Below, in pieces: positions 13,342 through 25,592 of a DNA stretch of 64,000 nucleotides. Source of the stretch: the human T2T-CHM13v2.0 reference genome, Homo sapiens. Position 1 is the stretch's first letter. Every line of letters starts with the position of its first letter. The position numbers and the translations under genes were made by a program. The notes under the pieces were generated by a model that saw only the letters and a program-made list of their open reading frames with translations, did not search any database and was not told where the DNA came from. Where the stretch lies: NCBI RefSeq assembly GCF_009914755.1, contig NC_060940.1; one strand, 5' to 3'.

Positions 13342-16300
13342 TTGTAGGATTGATGAAAGGACTTTTCAGAGTTCATGGAGGCCTTTACTGTAAAACCAAA
13401 TATCACATGATAAACACTAGAAAGAAGCTATCTATAAAAAGTGTCATGATATGTGGATTGAGCTCAAAGATTTAAATATTTATTTTCACTCAGCAGGTTG
13501 TAAACACTCTTTTTGTAGAATCTACGAAGGTGCATTTTGAAGCTCATTGAGCAGAATAGTAAATAACTGAAGATCCTGTCACAAAAAAAATATAAACTAT
13601 CTGTGAAAGCACTTTGCAATGTGTGGATTTATCTCAAAGAGTTAAACCATTCTTTTGAAACAGCAGGTTGGAAACACTCTTTTTGTAGAACTTACCAAGG
13701 GACATTTCAAAGTCCATTGATTCCTATAGTGAAAAACAAAATATCCCGTGATAAAACTAGAAAGAAGCTATCTGTGAATACGCCCTCTGATATGTGGATT
13801 CATCTCACAGACATAAACCTTGCTTTTCATTTAACAGGTTGGAAACACTCTTTTTTTAGAATCTTCTAAGGAACATTTTGAAGCCTACTGAGGCCTATAC
13901 TGAATAACAGAAGATCCTATGATAAAAAGTAGAAACTATTTTTGAAAATTATTTGTGATGTGTGGATTTATCTCACAAAATTAAACCTTATTTTTGATTC
14001 AGCAGTTTGGAAACACTCTTTTTGTAGAACTTACAAAGGGACAATTCAAAGTCCATTCATTTCTGTAGTAAAAAACTAAGTATCTCATGATAAAAACTAG
14101 AAAGAAGCTATCTGTGAAAATGCTTTGTGATGTGTGGATTCATCTTACAGATTTAAACCTTTCTTTTGATTTAGCAGGTTGGAAACACTCTTTTTGTAGA
14201 ATCTATGATGAGACATTTCTGAGCCTATTGAGGCCTAGTATTATTCCACAATAAATACTAGAAAGAAGACATCTGTGAAAAGGCTTTGTGATGTGTGGAT
14301 TCATCTCACAGACATAATCATTTCTTCTGATTTAGCAGGTTTGTAACACTGTTTATGTAGAATCTATGAAGGGACATTTTGAGCACATTAAGGCCTATGG
14401 TTAAAAAACAACCCTGAATATCCCACAATAAAAACTAGAAAGAAACTATAATTCAATAAACTTTGTGATGTCTGGATTTCTCTCACAGAGTTAAACTTTT
14501 CGTTTCATTCAGCAGGTTTGAAACCCTCTTTTTGTAGAATCTATGAAGAGACATTTCGAAGTCCATTGAGGCCTATAGTGAAAACCCAAATAACGAGCAA
14601 TGAAAACTAGAAATGAACTCTTTGTGAAAATTCTTTTCAATGTGTGGATTCATGTCACCAGTTTAAACATTACTTTTTAATCAGCATATTAGAAACAATT
14701 ATTTTGTACAATATACAAATGAACATTTCAGAGCACATTGAGGTTTATGGTGAAAAATTGAACATCCTCTGATAAAAAATACAAAGAAGCCATCTGTGAA
14801 AACATTTTGCCATATGTGGATTCATCTCACAAAGGCAAATAATTCTTTTCATTTAGCAGTTTGGAAATACTCTTTTTTAAAATTCTATGAAGGGTCTTTT
14901 TGGACCCCTTTGATGCCCATAGTAAAAACTGAGTATCCCATGATAAAAACTAGAAAGGAAGAATCTGTGAAAAGGTTTTGTGAGGTTTGGATTCATCTCA
15001 TCAAGTTAAACCTTCCTTTTGATTTAACAAATTGAAAACACTTTTTTTATGGAACTTGCGAAGGGACATTACAGAGCCCATTGAGGCTTATAGTGAAAAA
15101 CCAAATATTACACAACAAGAACTAGAAAGAAGTTATCTGTGAAAATGCTTCTAAATGTGTGGATTCATCTCAAGGGATCAAGTTTTTTTTTTCATTCAGT
15201 AGGTTGGAAACACTTTTTTTCTAGAATATGCGAAGGGACATTTTGGAGAACATTGAGGCATATTAGGAAAGACTAAATATCTGAAAGCAAAAACTTAAAA
15301 GAAACTACCTGTGAAAATGCTTCACAATGGGAGGTTTCATCTCACAGGGTTAAACTTTTATGTTGATTTGGCAGGTTAGAAAAACATTTTTTTGTAGAAT
15401 TTATGAAGGGACATTTTGGAGCCCACTTAGGCCTTTAGTTAAAAACAAAATATTTCACAATAAAAAACAAAGAGAACTATCTGTGAAAATGTTTTGTGAT
15501 GTGTGGGTTAATCTTACAGAGGTAAACCTTTCTTTTGATTCAAAAGGTTGGAAAACTTTTTTTTTTTGTAGAATGTATGAAGGAACATGTTGGAGACCAT
15601 TGAGGCTTATGGAGAAAAACCAAATATCTCATGATAAAAACTAGAAAGAAGCCATGTGTGAAAATGCTTTGCAATGTGTGGATTGATCTCACTAGGATAA
15701 ATCTTTCTTTTGATTAAACAGGTTGGAAACACTCTTTTTGTAGAATCCACAAAGGGACACTTCAGAGCCCATTGATGCCTATAATAAAAAAAAAATATTG
15801 GGCGTGAACAAATAGGAAGAACCTATCTGTGAAAATGCTTTGAGATATCTGGATTCATCTCACAGAGTTAAACCTTTCTTTTTATTCAGCAGGTTGAAAC
15901 ACTCTTTTGTAGAATCTATGAAAAAAATATTTCATAGTTCATTGAGGCCTATAGTGAAAAAACCAATATCCCACTATGAAAAATAGAAGCTTTCTGTGAA
16001 AATGCTTTTCAAAATGTGGATTATTCTTATAAAATTAAACCTTTCTTTTCATTCACGAGGTTGAAAACACTCTTTTTGTAGAATCTACAAAGGGACTTTT
16101 CAGAGCCCGTTTTGGTCTGTAGGGAAAAACTGAATATCTTGCAATAAAAACTTTAAAAAACCTGTCAGTGAAAACAATTTGTGATGTGTGGCTTCATCTC
16201 ACCTCGTTGAACCTTTTTTTTTTTTCTTTTTGATTCAGCAGCTTGGAAACACTTTTTTGTAGAATCTATGAAAGGACATTTTGAAGTTTATTGTGGCCTA

Positions 16301-19300
16301 TAGTGAAAAACTGAATATCACATGATAAAAACTAGGAAGAAGCTGTCTGTAAATGTGTGGATGTGTGGATCTCATAGAATTAAACCTTTCTTTTGATTCA
16401 GTAGGTTGGAAACCCTCTTTTTCTGAAACTTATGAAGAGACATTTTGGATCCCATCAATATCTATGGTGAAAAATCGAATATCCTGTGACAAGAACCACA
16501 AAGAATGTAACTATGAAAAGTCTTTGAAATGTGTCGAATAATTTTATAGTGTTAAAATTTTGTTTTAATTCAGCCATTTGAAAACAGTCTTTCTGTAGAA
16601 TCTTCCAAAGGACATTTTGGAGCCCAAAATGAAGGCCAAAAGTGAAAAACCAAACATCTTGTGATAAAAACTAGAAAGAAATTATCTGTGAAAATTCTTT
16701 GCAATGTGTGGATTTATCTCCGAAAGTTAAACCTTTCTTTTCATTCAGCAGGTTGGAAACACTCTTTTTGGAGATGTACAAAGGGACATTCCAGAGCCTT
16801 TTGAGGCTTATAGTGAAAAACCAAATATCCCATGATAAAAATGAGAAAAGATATCTGTGAACACACTTTGTGATGTGTGGATTCCTCTCACAGAGTTAAA
16901 CCTTTCTTTTCACTTAGCAGGTTGGAAACAATCTTTTTATAGAATCTAAAAAAAGGGACATTACAGAGCCCATTGAGGCCTACATTGAAAAACAGTATTT
17001 TGTGTTAAAAACCAGAAAGAAGACATCTGTGAAAATTCTGTATGATGTGTGGATTAATCTCATAGAATTAAACCATTCTTTTGAATCCGCGTGTTAAAAA
17101 CACTCTTTTTGTAGAATCTCTGAGGGACCATTTCAAAGCCCAATGAGGCCTAATGTGAAAAACCTGATATCCCCAGATAAAAACTAGAAAGAAGATCTTT
17201 GTGAAAAGCTTTGCAATCTGTGTATTCATCTCACCAGGTGAAATCTTTATTTTGATTCAGCAAGTTGGAAACACTCTTTTTGTAGACTCTATGGAAGGAC
17301 ATTTCAGAGCCCATTGAGACCTGTAATAAAAACCAAATACAGGGAGAGAACAAGTAGAAAGATGTTATCTATGTAAATGCTTTACAATGTCTGGATTCAT
17401 CTCACAGAGCTAAACTTTTCTTTTCATTCAGCATGTTGAAACACTCTTTTTGTAGAATCTACAAGGGAATATTTCATAGCACATTGAGGCCTAAATTGAA
17501 AAACTAAATATTTCATGACAAAAACTATAAAAAAGGTATTTGTGGAAATACTTTGTGACATATGGATGCATCTAACAGAGGTAAACCTTTCTTTTGATTC
17601 AGCAGGTTGCAACCAAACTTTTTCTAGAATCTACAAAAGGACATTTGGAGCCACTTGAGGTCTATAGTGAAAAATCGATTATTTCGCTATAAGAACTATT
17701 AAGAAGTTGTCTGTAAAAATGCTTTGCAATGTGTGGATTCATATCACAGAGTTACACCTTCTTTATATTAAGCTGGGTGGAAATCATCTTTTTGTAGCAA
17801 ATATGAAGGGACATTTCAGAACCCATTGCAACCTAAATTGAAAAACAGAATATCCCACAATAAAAATGAGAAGGAAGCTGTCAAGGGAAAATGCTTCTCA
17901 ATGTGTGGATTCATCTCCAGTTTTAAAGTTTTCTTTTGATTCAGCAGATTGTAAACACTCGTTTTGTAGAATCTACAAAGGTGCTTTTTGGAGGCCATGG
18001 AGGTCTATATTGAAAAAATGAATATCCTGAAATAAACACTAAAAGAAAGCTCTCTGTGAAAACACTTTGAGATATGTGGATTTATCGCACAAGGTTAAAC
18101 TTTTCTTTTGAGTCAGCAGGTTGGAAACACTCTTTTTAGAATATATTAAGGGATATTTCAAAGCCCATTGAGGCCTAAATTGAAAAACTGAATATTCCAC
18201 AACAAAAACTATAAAAAAGATATTTGTGAAAATGCTTTGTGTTGTATGGATTCGTCTAACAAAGGTAAAACTTTGTTATGATTCAGCAGGTTGCAACCAA
18301 ACATTTTCTAGAATCTAGAAAGGGACATTTTGGAGCCAATTGAGGCTTATAGTCAAAAACTGATTATCCCACTATAAGAAATAGTTCTTATAAGAAGCTG
18401 TCTGTAAAAATGCTTTGCAATGTGTGGATTCATATCACAGAGTTAAAACTTCTTTATATTCAGCTGGGTGGAAATGATCTTTTTGTAGAAAATATGAAGG
18501 GACGTTATTCAGCAGCTTGGAGACACTCTTTTTCTAGAATCTAGGAAGGGATATTTCAGAGCCCATTGAGGTCTATAGTGAAAAACTAAAGACCCTGCAA
18601 TAAAAATTATAAAGAAGCTTTCTCTAAAAGTGATTTGTTACATGTGGATTCATCTCACAGAATTAAACCTTTCTTTTAATTTGGCAGGTGGGAAACCCTC
18701 TTTTTGTAGAATGAAACAGGGGAAATTTCAAATTCCTTTGAGGCCAAAAGTGAAAAACCAAATATCCCCAGATAAAAATGAGAAAGAAGCTATCTTTGAA
18801 ACTCCTTTGTGATGTGTGAAAAAACAAACATCCCCAGACAAAAATGAGAAAGAAGCTATCTGTGAAACTCCTTTGTGATGTGTGGATTCATCTCACAGAG
18901 TTAAACCCTTCTTTAGATTCAGCAGTTTGGAAACACTCTTCTTGTAGAATCTACAAAGGGTCATTTCAGAGCCCATTGAGGCTGACAAAGAAAAACCTAA
19001 TACCTTGTAATGAAAACTAGAAAGAAGACATCTGTGAAAACACTTTTTGGTGTGTGTATTCCTCTAAAAGAGGTACACCTTTTATTTATTCAGCAGGTTG
19101 TGTATACACTTTTGGTAGAATCTACAAAGGGACAGTTAAGAGCCAATTGAGGCCAAAAGTGACAATCTGAATATTCCACTACATAAACTAGTAAAAATCT
19201 GTCTGTGAAAATGTTTTGCAATGTACCAATTCATATCACAGAGTTAAGCCTTTTTTTTTTTTTTTTTGGTCAGCTGTTTGGAAACCCTCTTTTTGTAGTA

Positions 19301-21679
19301 CCTACGAAGGGACATTATAGAGCCCATTGTGACCTAAATTGAAAAACTAAATATTCGACAATAAAAACTAGAAAGAAGCTATGTGTGAAAATGCTTCTCT
19401 ATGTGTGGATTAATCATCATTGTTAAACTTTTTTTGATTCAGCAAGTTGGAAACACACTTTTTGTAGAATCTACAAAGGGACTTTTTGGAGCCCTTTGAG
19501 GTCTATAGTGAAAAACAGAATATCCTGTTATAAAAACTACAAAAAACTCTCTGTGAAAACACTTTGTGATGTATGATTCATCTCACTGGGTTAAACTTTT
19601 TAATATTATTTAGCAGGTTGTAGACACTTTTTAAAATATAATCTATAAAAGGGCCTTTCAGAGCTTATTGAGGCCTATAGTGAAAAACCAAATATCACAC
19701 GACAAAAACTAGAAAGAAGCTGTCTGTGAAAAAGCATTGCAATGTGCCAATTCACCTCACAGGGTTAAACCTCACTTTTGATTCAGCAGGTGGGAAACCT
19801 TTTTTTTTTTTTTTTTTTTTGTAGAATCTATACAGGGACATTTCGAATCCCAACATGGTTTATAGAAAAAAAAGAATATTCCACGATGAAAACAGGAAAG
19901 AAAATATCTGTGAAAATTCTTTGTGATGTGTGGATTCATTTTGCAGAGTTAAAACTTTCTTTTCATTCAGCAGATTGAAAACTTTATTTTTGTAGTATCT
20001 ACCAAGGGACATTTTCGAGCCCATTGAGGCCAAAAGTGAAAAACTGAATATCCCATGATAAATATAGAAAGAAACTATGAAAATGCTTTGCAATGTGTGG
20101 ATTTTTCTCACAGCCTTAAACCATTCTTTTCATTCAGCAGGTTGGAACCACTCTTTTTGGAAACCTATGAACTGACATTTGAGAGCCCATTGAGGCCTAT
20201 AGTGAAAAACTGAATATCCCACAATAAAAATAAGAAAGAGGCTATCTGTGAATATGCTTTGTGATGTGTGGGTTCATCTCACAGAATTAAAATTTTCTTT
20301 TAATGTAGCAGGTTGGACACACTCTTTTTGCAGAATCTGCAAAGGGACATTTCAGAGCTCATTGAGGCCTATAATGAAAAACTGAATATCTCAGGGTAAA
20401 AACAAGAAACAAGTTATCTGCGAAAATGCTGTGTGATATATGTATTCATCTCACTGAGTTAAACCTTTGTTTTGATTCAACTTTTTGGAAACACTGTTTT
20501 TGTAGGTTGTACATAGTAACATTTCAGAGCCCATGAGACCTGTAGGGAAAAACCAAATATCCTGTGATAAAAAGAAGAAACAAGCAATCTGTGAAGATGC
20601 TTTGCAATTGTTGGATTAATCTCACTGACTTAAAACTTTGTCTTGGTTCAACTGGTTGGAAACACTCTTTGTAAAATTTACAAAAAGATATTTCACAGTC
20701 CATTGAGGCCTGTCGTGAAAAACCCAATATTTTGTAATAAAAACTAGAATCAAGATATCTGCGAAAACACTTCACAATATGTGGATTCATCTCACAGAGT
20801 TAAACCTTGCTTTTGATTCAGCTTGTAGGAGAAATTCTTTTTGTAGAACATACAAAGGGATATTTCAGATCCCATTGAGGCCTATTGGGAAAGGCCGAAT
20901 ATTCTGCAATAAAAACTGGAAACAAGCTACCTGTGAAAATGATTTGTGATGTGTAGGTTCATCACACAGAGTTAAACCTTTGTTTTCATTCAGCCGATTA
21001 GAAACACGTTTTTTGTAGAATCTATGAAGGGACATTTCTGAGCCCATTGAGGCCTGTAGTGAAAAAGTGAATATCCTGCATTATTAACTAGAAACAAGGT
21101 ATGTGTGAAAATGCTTTGCAATGTCTGGATTCATCTCAGGAAGTTCAACCTTTGTTTTGATACAGCCATTGGAAATACTTTTTTTGTAGAATCTATGAAG
21201 GGAGATTTTGAAGTCCATTGAATCCTTTAGAGAAAAACGAAATATCTCACGATAAAAACTAGAAACAAGCTGTCTTTGAGAAGGCTTTGTGATGTGTGGA
21301 TTCATCTCACAGATTTAAACCTTTGTGTTGATTCAACCCTTGGAGAGACACTCTTTGTAAAATCTACAAAGGGACATTTCAGAGCCCATTGTGGCTTATA
21401 GTGAAAAACCAAATATCCCACAAGAAAAACTAGAAACAAGCTAACTATGAAAACGCTTTGAGAGATGTGTGATTTCATCTCACAGAGTTAAATCTTTCTT
21501 TTGGTTCAATCAGTTGGAAACACTCTTTTTGTAAAATCTATGAAGGGACATTTGCAGTCCATTGAGGCCTGTATTGAAAATTCTAGTATCCTGTGATGAA
21601 AACGAGAAACTAGCTATCCATGAAAAAGGTCTGTGATGGGTGGATTTATCTCTCAGAGTTAAACAATTTCTTTATTCAG

Positions 21680-22896
21680 TCTGGCCCTAGTAGTCCTGTC
21701 AGCATGGCCCCTTGAATCCACTTTGAATTTGGTTCACAGCAGAGCAGGTGCCTCACGTCGTGAGGCAGACACTCCTCCAACATCTTGGATTTCATTCCAG
21801 GATGGAGAATGTAAGTGGCAGTAAGGTCAGAGAGGGGTGAGGATAAAATCTGGTGAACGGTGGATAAGGTCCTACAACTTCACCTGCAAGACAAGTACAG
21901 ACAGATGACACAGAAGGTGCTTCTAACTTTATTCCCGCCTTTCTTTAATTGCACGAGCTTTCCACACCATGGCCTGCTGCCGAGGGAAAAAAAAACTCCA
22001 ATGTATGGGTAATGTTGTGGCACAAACTGTGTCCATTCTGGCTAGTTCTGGCTTTGGGCCTTCATTCCTGGAGCCACATGGGAGCAGTATATATTGATGC
22101 TGGGTGAGCTGTGAAATCCACACTGGCCTTTTCTTTTCCTGACTTCCATGTTCCTCATGGGCCTAGGGTTTCCTGGGTCTGGCTCGAAGTCTTCCACAGT
22201 AAACATTTCCCAGTTCAGAGAGTACGACCCTCAGGAGGATCCATTGCATGAGTGTTTCCTTCTAAACACTGTCACGTTTTAATGACTGGGCAGCTGTGAT
22301 ACTTTTGGAACCATGGATTCCCATTATATCCAAGAAGGAAACTATTGTTCTTCCTCTTCTATCAGAGGGCTGCATGTTCCCTGTAAGATGAGAAGTAGCC
22401 AGCCATGTCTGGCTTTTGCCTGGTAATCTAGGCTCTGTTTTATTTCATCTGCATGTCCTTTCTTATTGTAGAAGGAGTCTTTCATTGAGCTGTTCCTGGG
22501 TGGGACTGCTTCTCACCACTGATCTTCTTGTCTGCCAGGGATTTCAGGAAGCAAAAGGGACTTTGGGTAGGCTGGCTGCAGGCTAGGTTGTGGGCAGTGG
22601 TCTCGTTGTGGGGCCTGAGGTGGTTTGTACTTTGCAAGAGGCTCTTGTGTCCTCTGGCAGGAATCCCTGAACACGGCTTGGACTCCAGCACAGGCCCTCT
22701 CGTGCTCCCAGGCAAGCCTTGATTTTCCTTTGATTTCATGAAGATTCCACAGTTCCCCTCTGCAGTACTCCTGGACACCATTTTCAGGCTTGCAATCGCC
22801 CCAGATGGCCTCTGAGACATCTCTGAACCTCATTTGCCACCGTGAGAATCCAGTTCCAGGTGTGAGATCTCTGCTCCACTTTGGACTTGCCTTTGC
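21680..22896. repeat. SST1/NBL2-type satellite, about one degenerate unit
   Basis: GC-richer block with motifs GCCTTGATTTTCCTTTG, CTGGACACCATTTTCAGGCTTGC, GGCCTCTGAGACA and CTGCTCCACTTTGGACTTGCCTTTG recalled from SST1. Confidence 0.7.
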
Positions 22897-23654
22897 CTTG
22901 CCCAGACAACCATGCTGAGAAGGAGGAGCAGGACTATACTGTTAGATATCGATCATATAAATTTGCTGAGTTACAAATATATCTCTAATGTTTCCAATAA
23001 CCATGGCAGAAAGGGAGACACTGTACTTTGGATACAGACAGACTGATTACTCTGGAGGCACAAGGACTCAAAGACTTCTTGGATAACATCTTTTTTGCTC
23101 CTAACATAACGACATATAGTGAAAAACGTTCCAGTGATAGGTCTAAGATGAATGTGGCCAATTGCCTCAAAATGTTCCTCTGTCAGAGTAAAAGAGTTCA
23201 AGACATTGTTTAAACAGTACATTTTCTGATGGTCTCATCTGATCATGGCATAAAATCAGCACATTTAGAGGAATTAATGGCCAGCATGCCAATAATAAAC
23301 TCACCATAACTATTTCACTTTATTCTGCACAGCAGACAGTTTAAGGTCAAATTTTATGATCAGTGTATCTGAGCTTCTCCGTCACATTTCATAGTATACA
23401 GTCTTGGTTCCTCCCTTCTACTTTTGGAATCTGTCCAGGTAAAGATTTCTTGTGACTGAACTGTAGTTGCATTCTTTGACTAACTGCCACAGTACCCTGC
23501 TGATTGTTCTCTCCTGGAGTCTTCTTTGTCCACTTCTGACAGCTCTTTCTTGAAGTCCTCCTCAACCTTTGTCCTGTAGTTCCATTCCAAGCTTTCATCC
23601 TTTGTCCACTCATCTTCTCATTTTACCTATATACATGTATACTGGAAGAAATTC

Positions 23655-23968
23655 GGCTGGGTGCAGGGACTCACATCTGTAATCCCAGCACTTTGGGAGG
23701 CCGAGGTGGGTGGGTCACGAGGTCAGGAAATCAAAACCAGTCTGGTCAACATGGTGAAGCCCTGTCTCTACTAAAAATACAAAAATTAGCTGGGTGTGGT
23801 GTCGCGTGCCTGTAGTCCCAGCTACTCGGGAGCCTGAGGCAGGAGGATTGCTTGAACCAGGAAGGCGGAGGTTGCAGTGAGCTGAGACCACCACTGCACT
23901 CCATCCTGGTGACAGAGCGAGACTTTGGGGAAAAAAAGGGAAAGAAAAAAAAAGAAAAATAATAATAA
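23655..23968 (+). mobile_element. Alu (AluS-like)
   Basis: GGCTGGGTGCAG...TGTAATCCCAGCACTTTGGGAGGCCGAGG, central A-linker and A-rich tail. No convincing TSD. Confidence 0.97.
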
Positions 23969-24692
23969 ACAAATCCAGTGTCCATGAATTCTCAAACTGC
24001 CACCTTGATTCCAAGGTACTCCCTCTCTCTGAGATGGAGTTGATTCCCTCAGAACCCAATGGTGGTATAGGGGTGGTGGGTTCCTCTGCTGGGGTCCTTA
24101 CTGCCTCTCTCCTGAGCTTTAAGGATGGCTTCTGAGGGCTTTGGTGCTGTCCCAGAGGTTCCCAGCATTAACTCTGTTGCGTCTGTGATCCCAGCTGGGC
24201 AGTACTCCAGGGCCCCTGTGCTCACAGCAGCTCCCTTGGGCTCCGCTCCTGGCTGCTGTTGTCCCATGCAACGTTCAAGCCTACTTTGGAGCTGTTTCCT
24301 GGTGGGTGTGATTCTTGTTGTCTTCTCTTGAAGTGCAGACACTCCCAAAGTGGGCTTCAGAAGTGGGATGGGGAGCCGTCTTTATCTAGTTCTGGGGATG
24401 ACAGGTCATGGGTGAGCAGGAGGGTGGCAGAGAATGGCAGGGATGTAGGGCAACTCTGAATATGCTCCGCAGCCTGGGATCAAGGTTCGGCCCAAGCAGC
24501 ATGGGTGAACTGAATCTTTCTGGGTTGTCTTGCTCCGGGCTGCATGGCCGCCCTGGCACATGCTGCTGTGAAAGGGAATGAGACGACACCAGGACCAGGG
24601 CCTGGGCGGGGGCTAGCACACTACTTCCTTGCTCCACACAACTCCAGGAACAGTGCTCCCACATCACCACTTGGGGCCTCCCTGCCCTCCTT
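23969..24692 (-). pseudogene. PPP1R1A: Processed pseudogene of PPP1R1A (protein phosphatase inhibitor-1); CDS-equivalent ~24538 to 24030
   Basis: Minus-strand translations [62 protein letters not shown] and [11 protein letters not shown] align in order with human PPP1R1A. Intronless and frameshifted, with ATG and stop codon both lost. A GC-rich 5' UTR and the start of the 3' UTR are present. Confidence 0.93.
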
Positions 24693-25205
24693 ATTTCTCA
24701 ATGACTGAGCTTTGTGTTCCAACACAAGCCCATTTGTTCAAGAAGTGTTTCTTTTAATGGTCTACACAATTGTGATAATATTTTTTTCCTAAGCTTGTCC
24801 ATACTCTTATTAAGATGCTCACTTTTGTCACCGTTTATTTGTAATAATTTTTCATTTTTGCCTTGTTTTTTTAAAGATAATTTTATCACAGATACATATT
24901 CAATTAGTCTTTCAAGGAACAAACTTTTGTTTCATTGATTTTAGTATGTTGAAATTTCATTAACTTACATTTTTAGTTTTGTTCCTTCTTTCAACTATCA
25001 TTGGTGGTTGTTTTCCAACTTTTTCTTGCTGAAGATGAGTTCATTTTAAAACTTTATAGTGTATGTGTTTAAGGATATCTATTTTTCTCTAAGGACCACT
25101 TTAGCTGTCAAATCCATGTATTAATATGTAGGGCTTTTTGTTTGATTTTACAAATTTCAGTTTTCTTTTTGATAAGTATTTCATTGACAAATTAAATTAT
25201 ATTTT
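24693..25205 (-). mobile_element. Old L1 (L1M-type) fragment
   Basis: T-rich decayed sequence resembling antisense L1 ORF2 (CTTTCAAGGAACAAACTTTTGTTTCATTGATTT, CCACTTTAGCTG). Confidence 0.6.
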
Positions 25206-25592
25206 TGAAAAATTCTCCCTGGGGCCTGTAAAACTTGTGGGGATGAATAATTCCTCCCTCATCAGGCCCAGTCCCAAGGTGCAAGGCCACCTGCACCAGC
25301 AGTGTGCATCAGCAAGATAGCAGAAGCAGGAACAGGGCTGGCTGGAAGACAAGTTCCCCCTGGGGATCAAGAGAGAGAGGCTGTCTGGGTACCATGTAGC
25401 AGTTATGTCAGACTGGGACACTTCCTGTTTACAGAAGACTATAAAACCCCTGATCTATAATCACTTTGGGCTGACACCATTTTAGGCAGTCTTTCTACAC
25501 CCAGGCACTCATTAAACAGCGTGTTTCTCCACACTGCCTTGTGTTGTTTATTGGCATGCTCTCAAGGTTTGAACCGATACAAGAGCCTTACA
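25206..25592 (+). mobile_element. MER48 LTR, copy 1
   Basis: TGAAAAATTCTCCCTGGGGCCTG...GATACAAGAGCCTTACA, with TATAAAA and ATTAAA. Direct repeat of 25770-26155. Confidence 0.88.

Larger units (their letters stand above)
1..21679 (+). repeat. Divergent monomeric alpha-satellite array (~171 bp units), interrupted by two LTRs
   Basis: Motifs AAAACTAGAAAGAAGCTATCTGTGAAA, TGTGATGTGTGGATTCATCTCACAGAGTTAAAC and GATTCAGCAGGTTGGAAACAC recur every ~171 bp. Monomers are highly divergent, and no NTTCGNNNNANNCGGGN CENP-B box was seen. Confidence 0.98.

Noticed and set aside
4036-21305. Dozens of similar short ORFs (…LCDVWIHLTELNLSFDSAGWKH…) resembling a repeat-protein family
   Set aside because: They are chance translations of 171 bp (57-codon) alpha-satellite monomers, with random stops and no gene structure.
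1-21679. CRISPR-like array or active centromere
   Set aside because: The whole unit repeats with no unique spacers, and the DNA is eukaryotic. High divergence and no visible CENP-B boxes argue against a live higher-order array.
22482-22833. Overlapping 106-112 aa ORFs
   Set aside because: They lie in GC-richer SST1-like satellite with no recognisable protein similarity.
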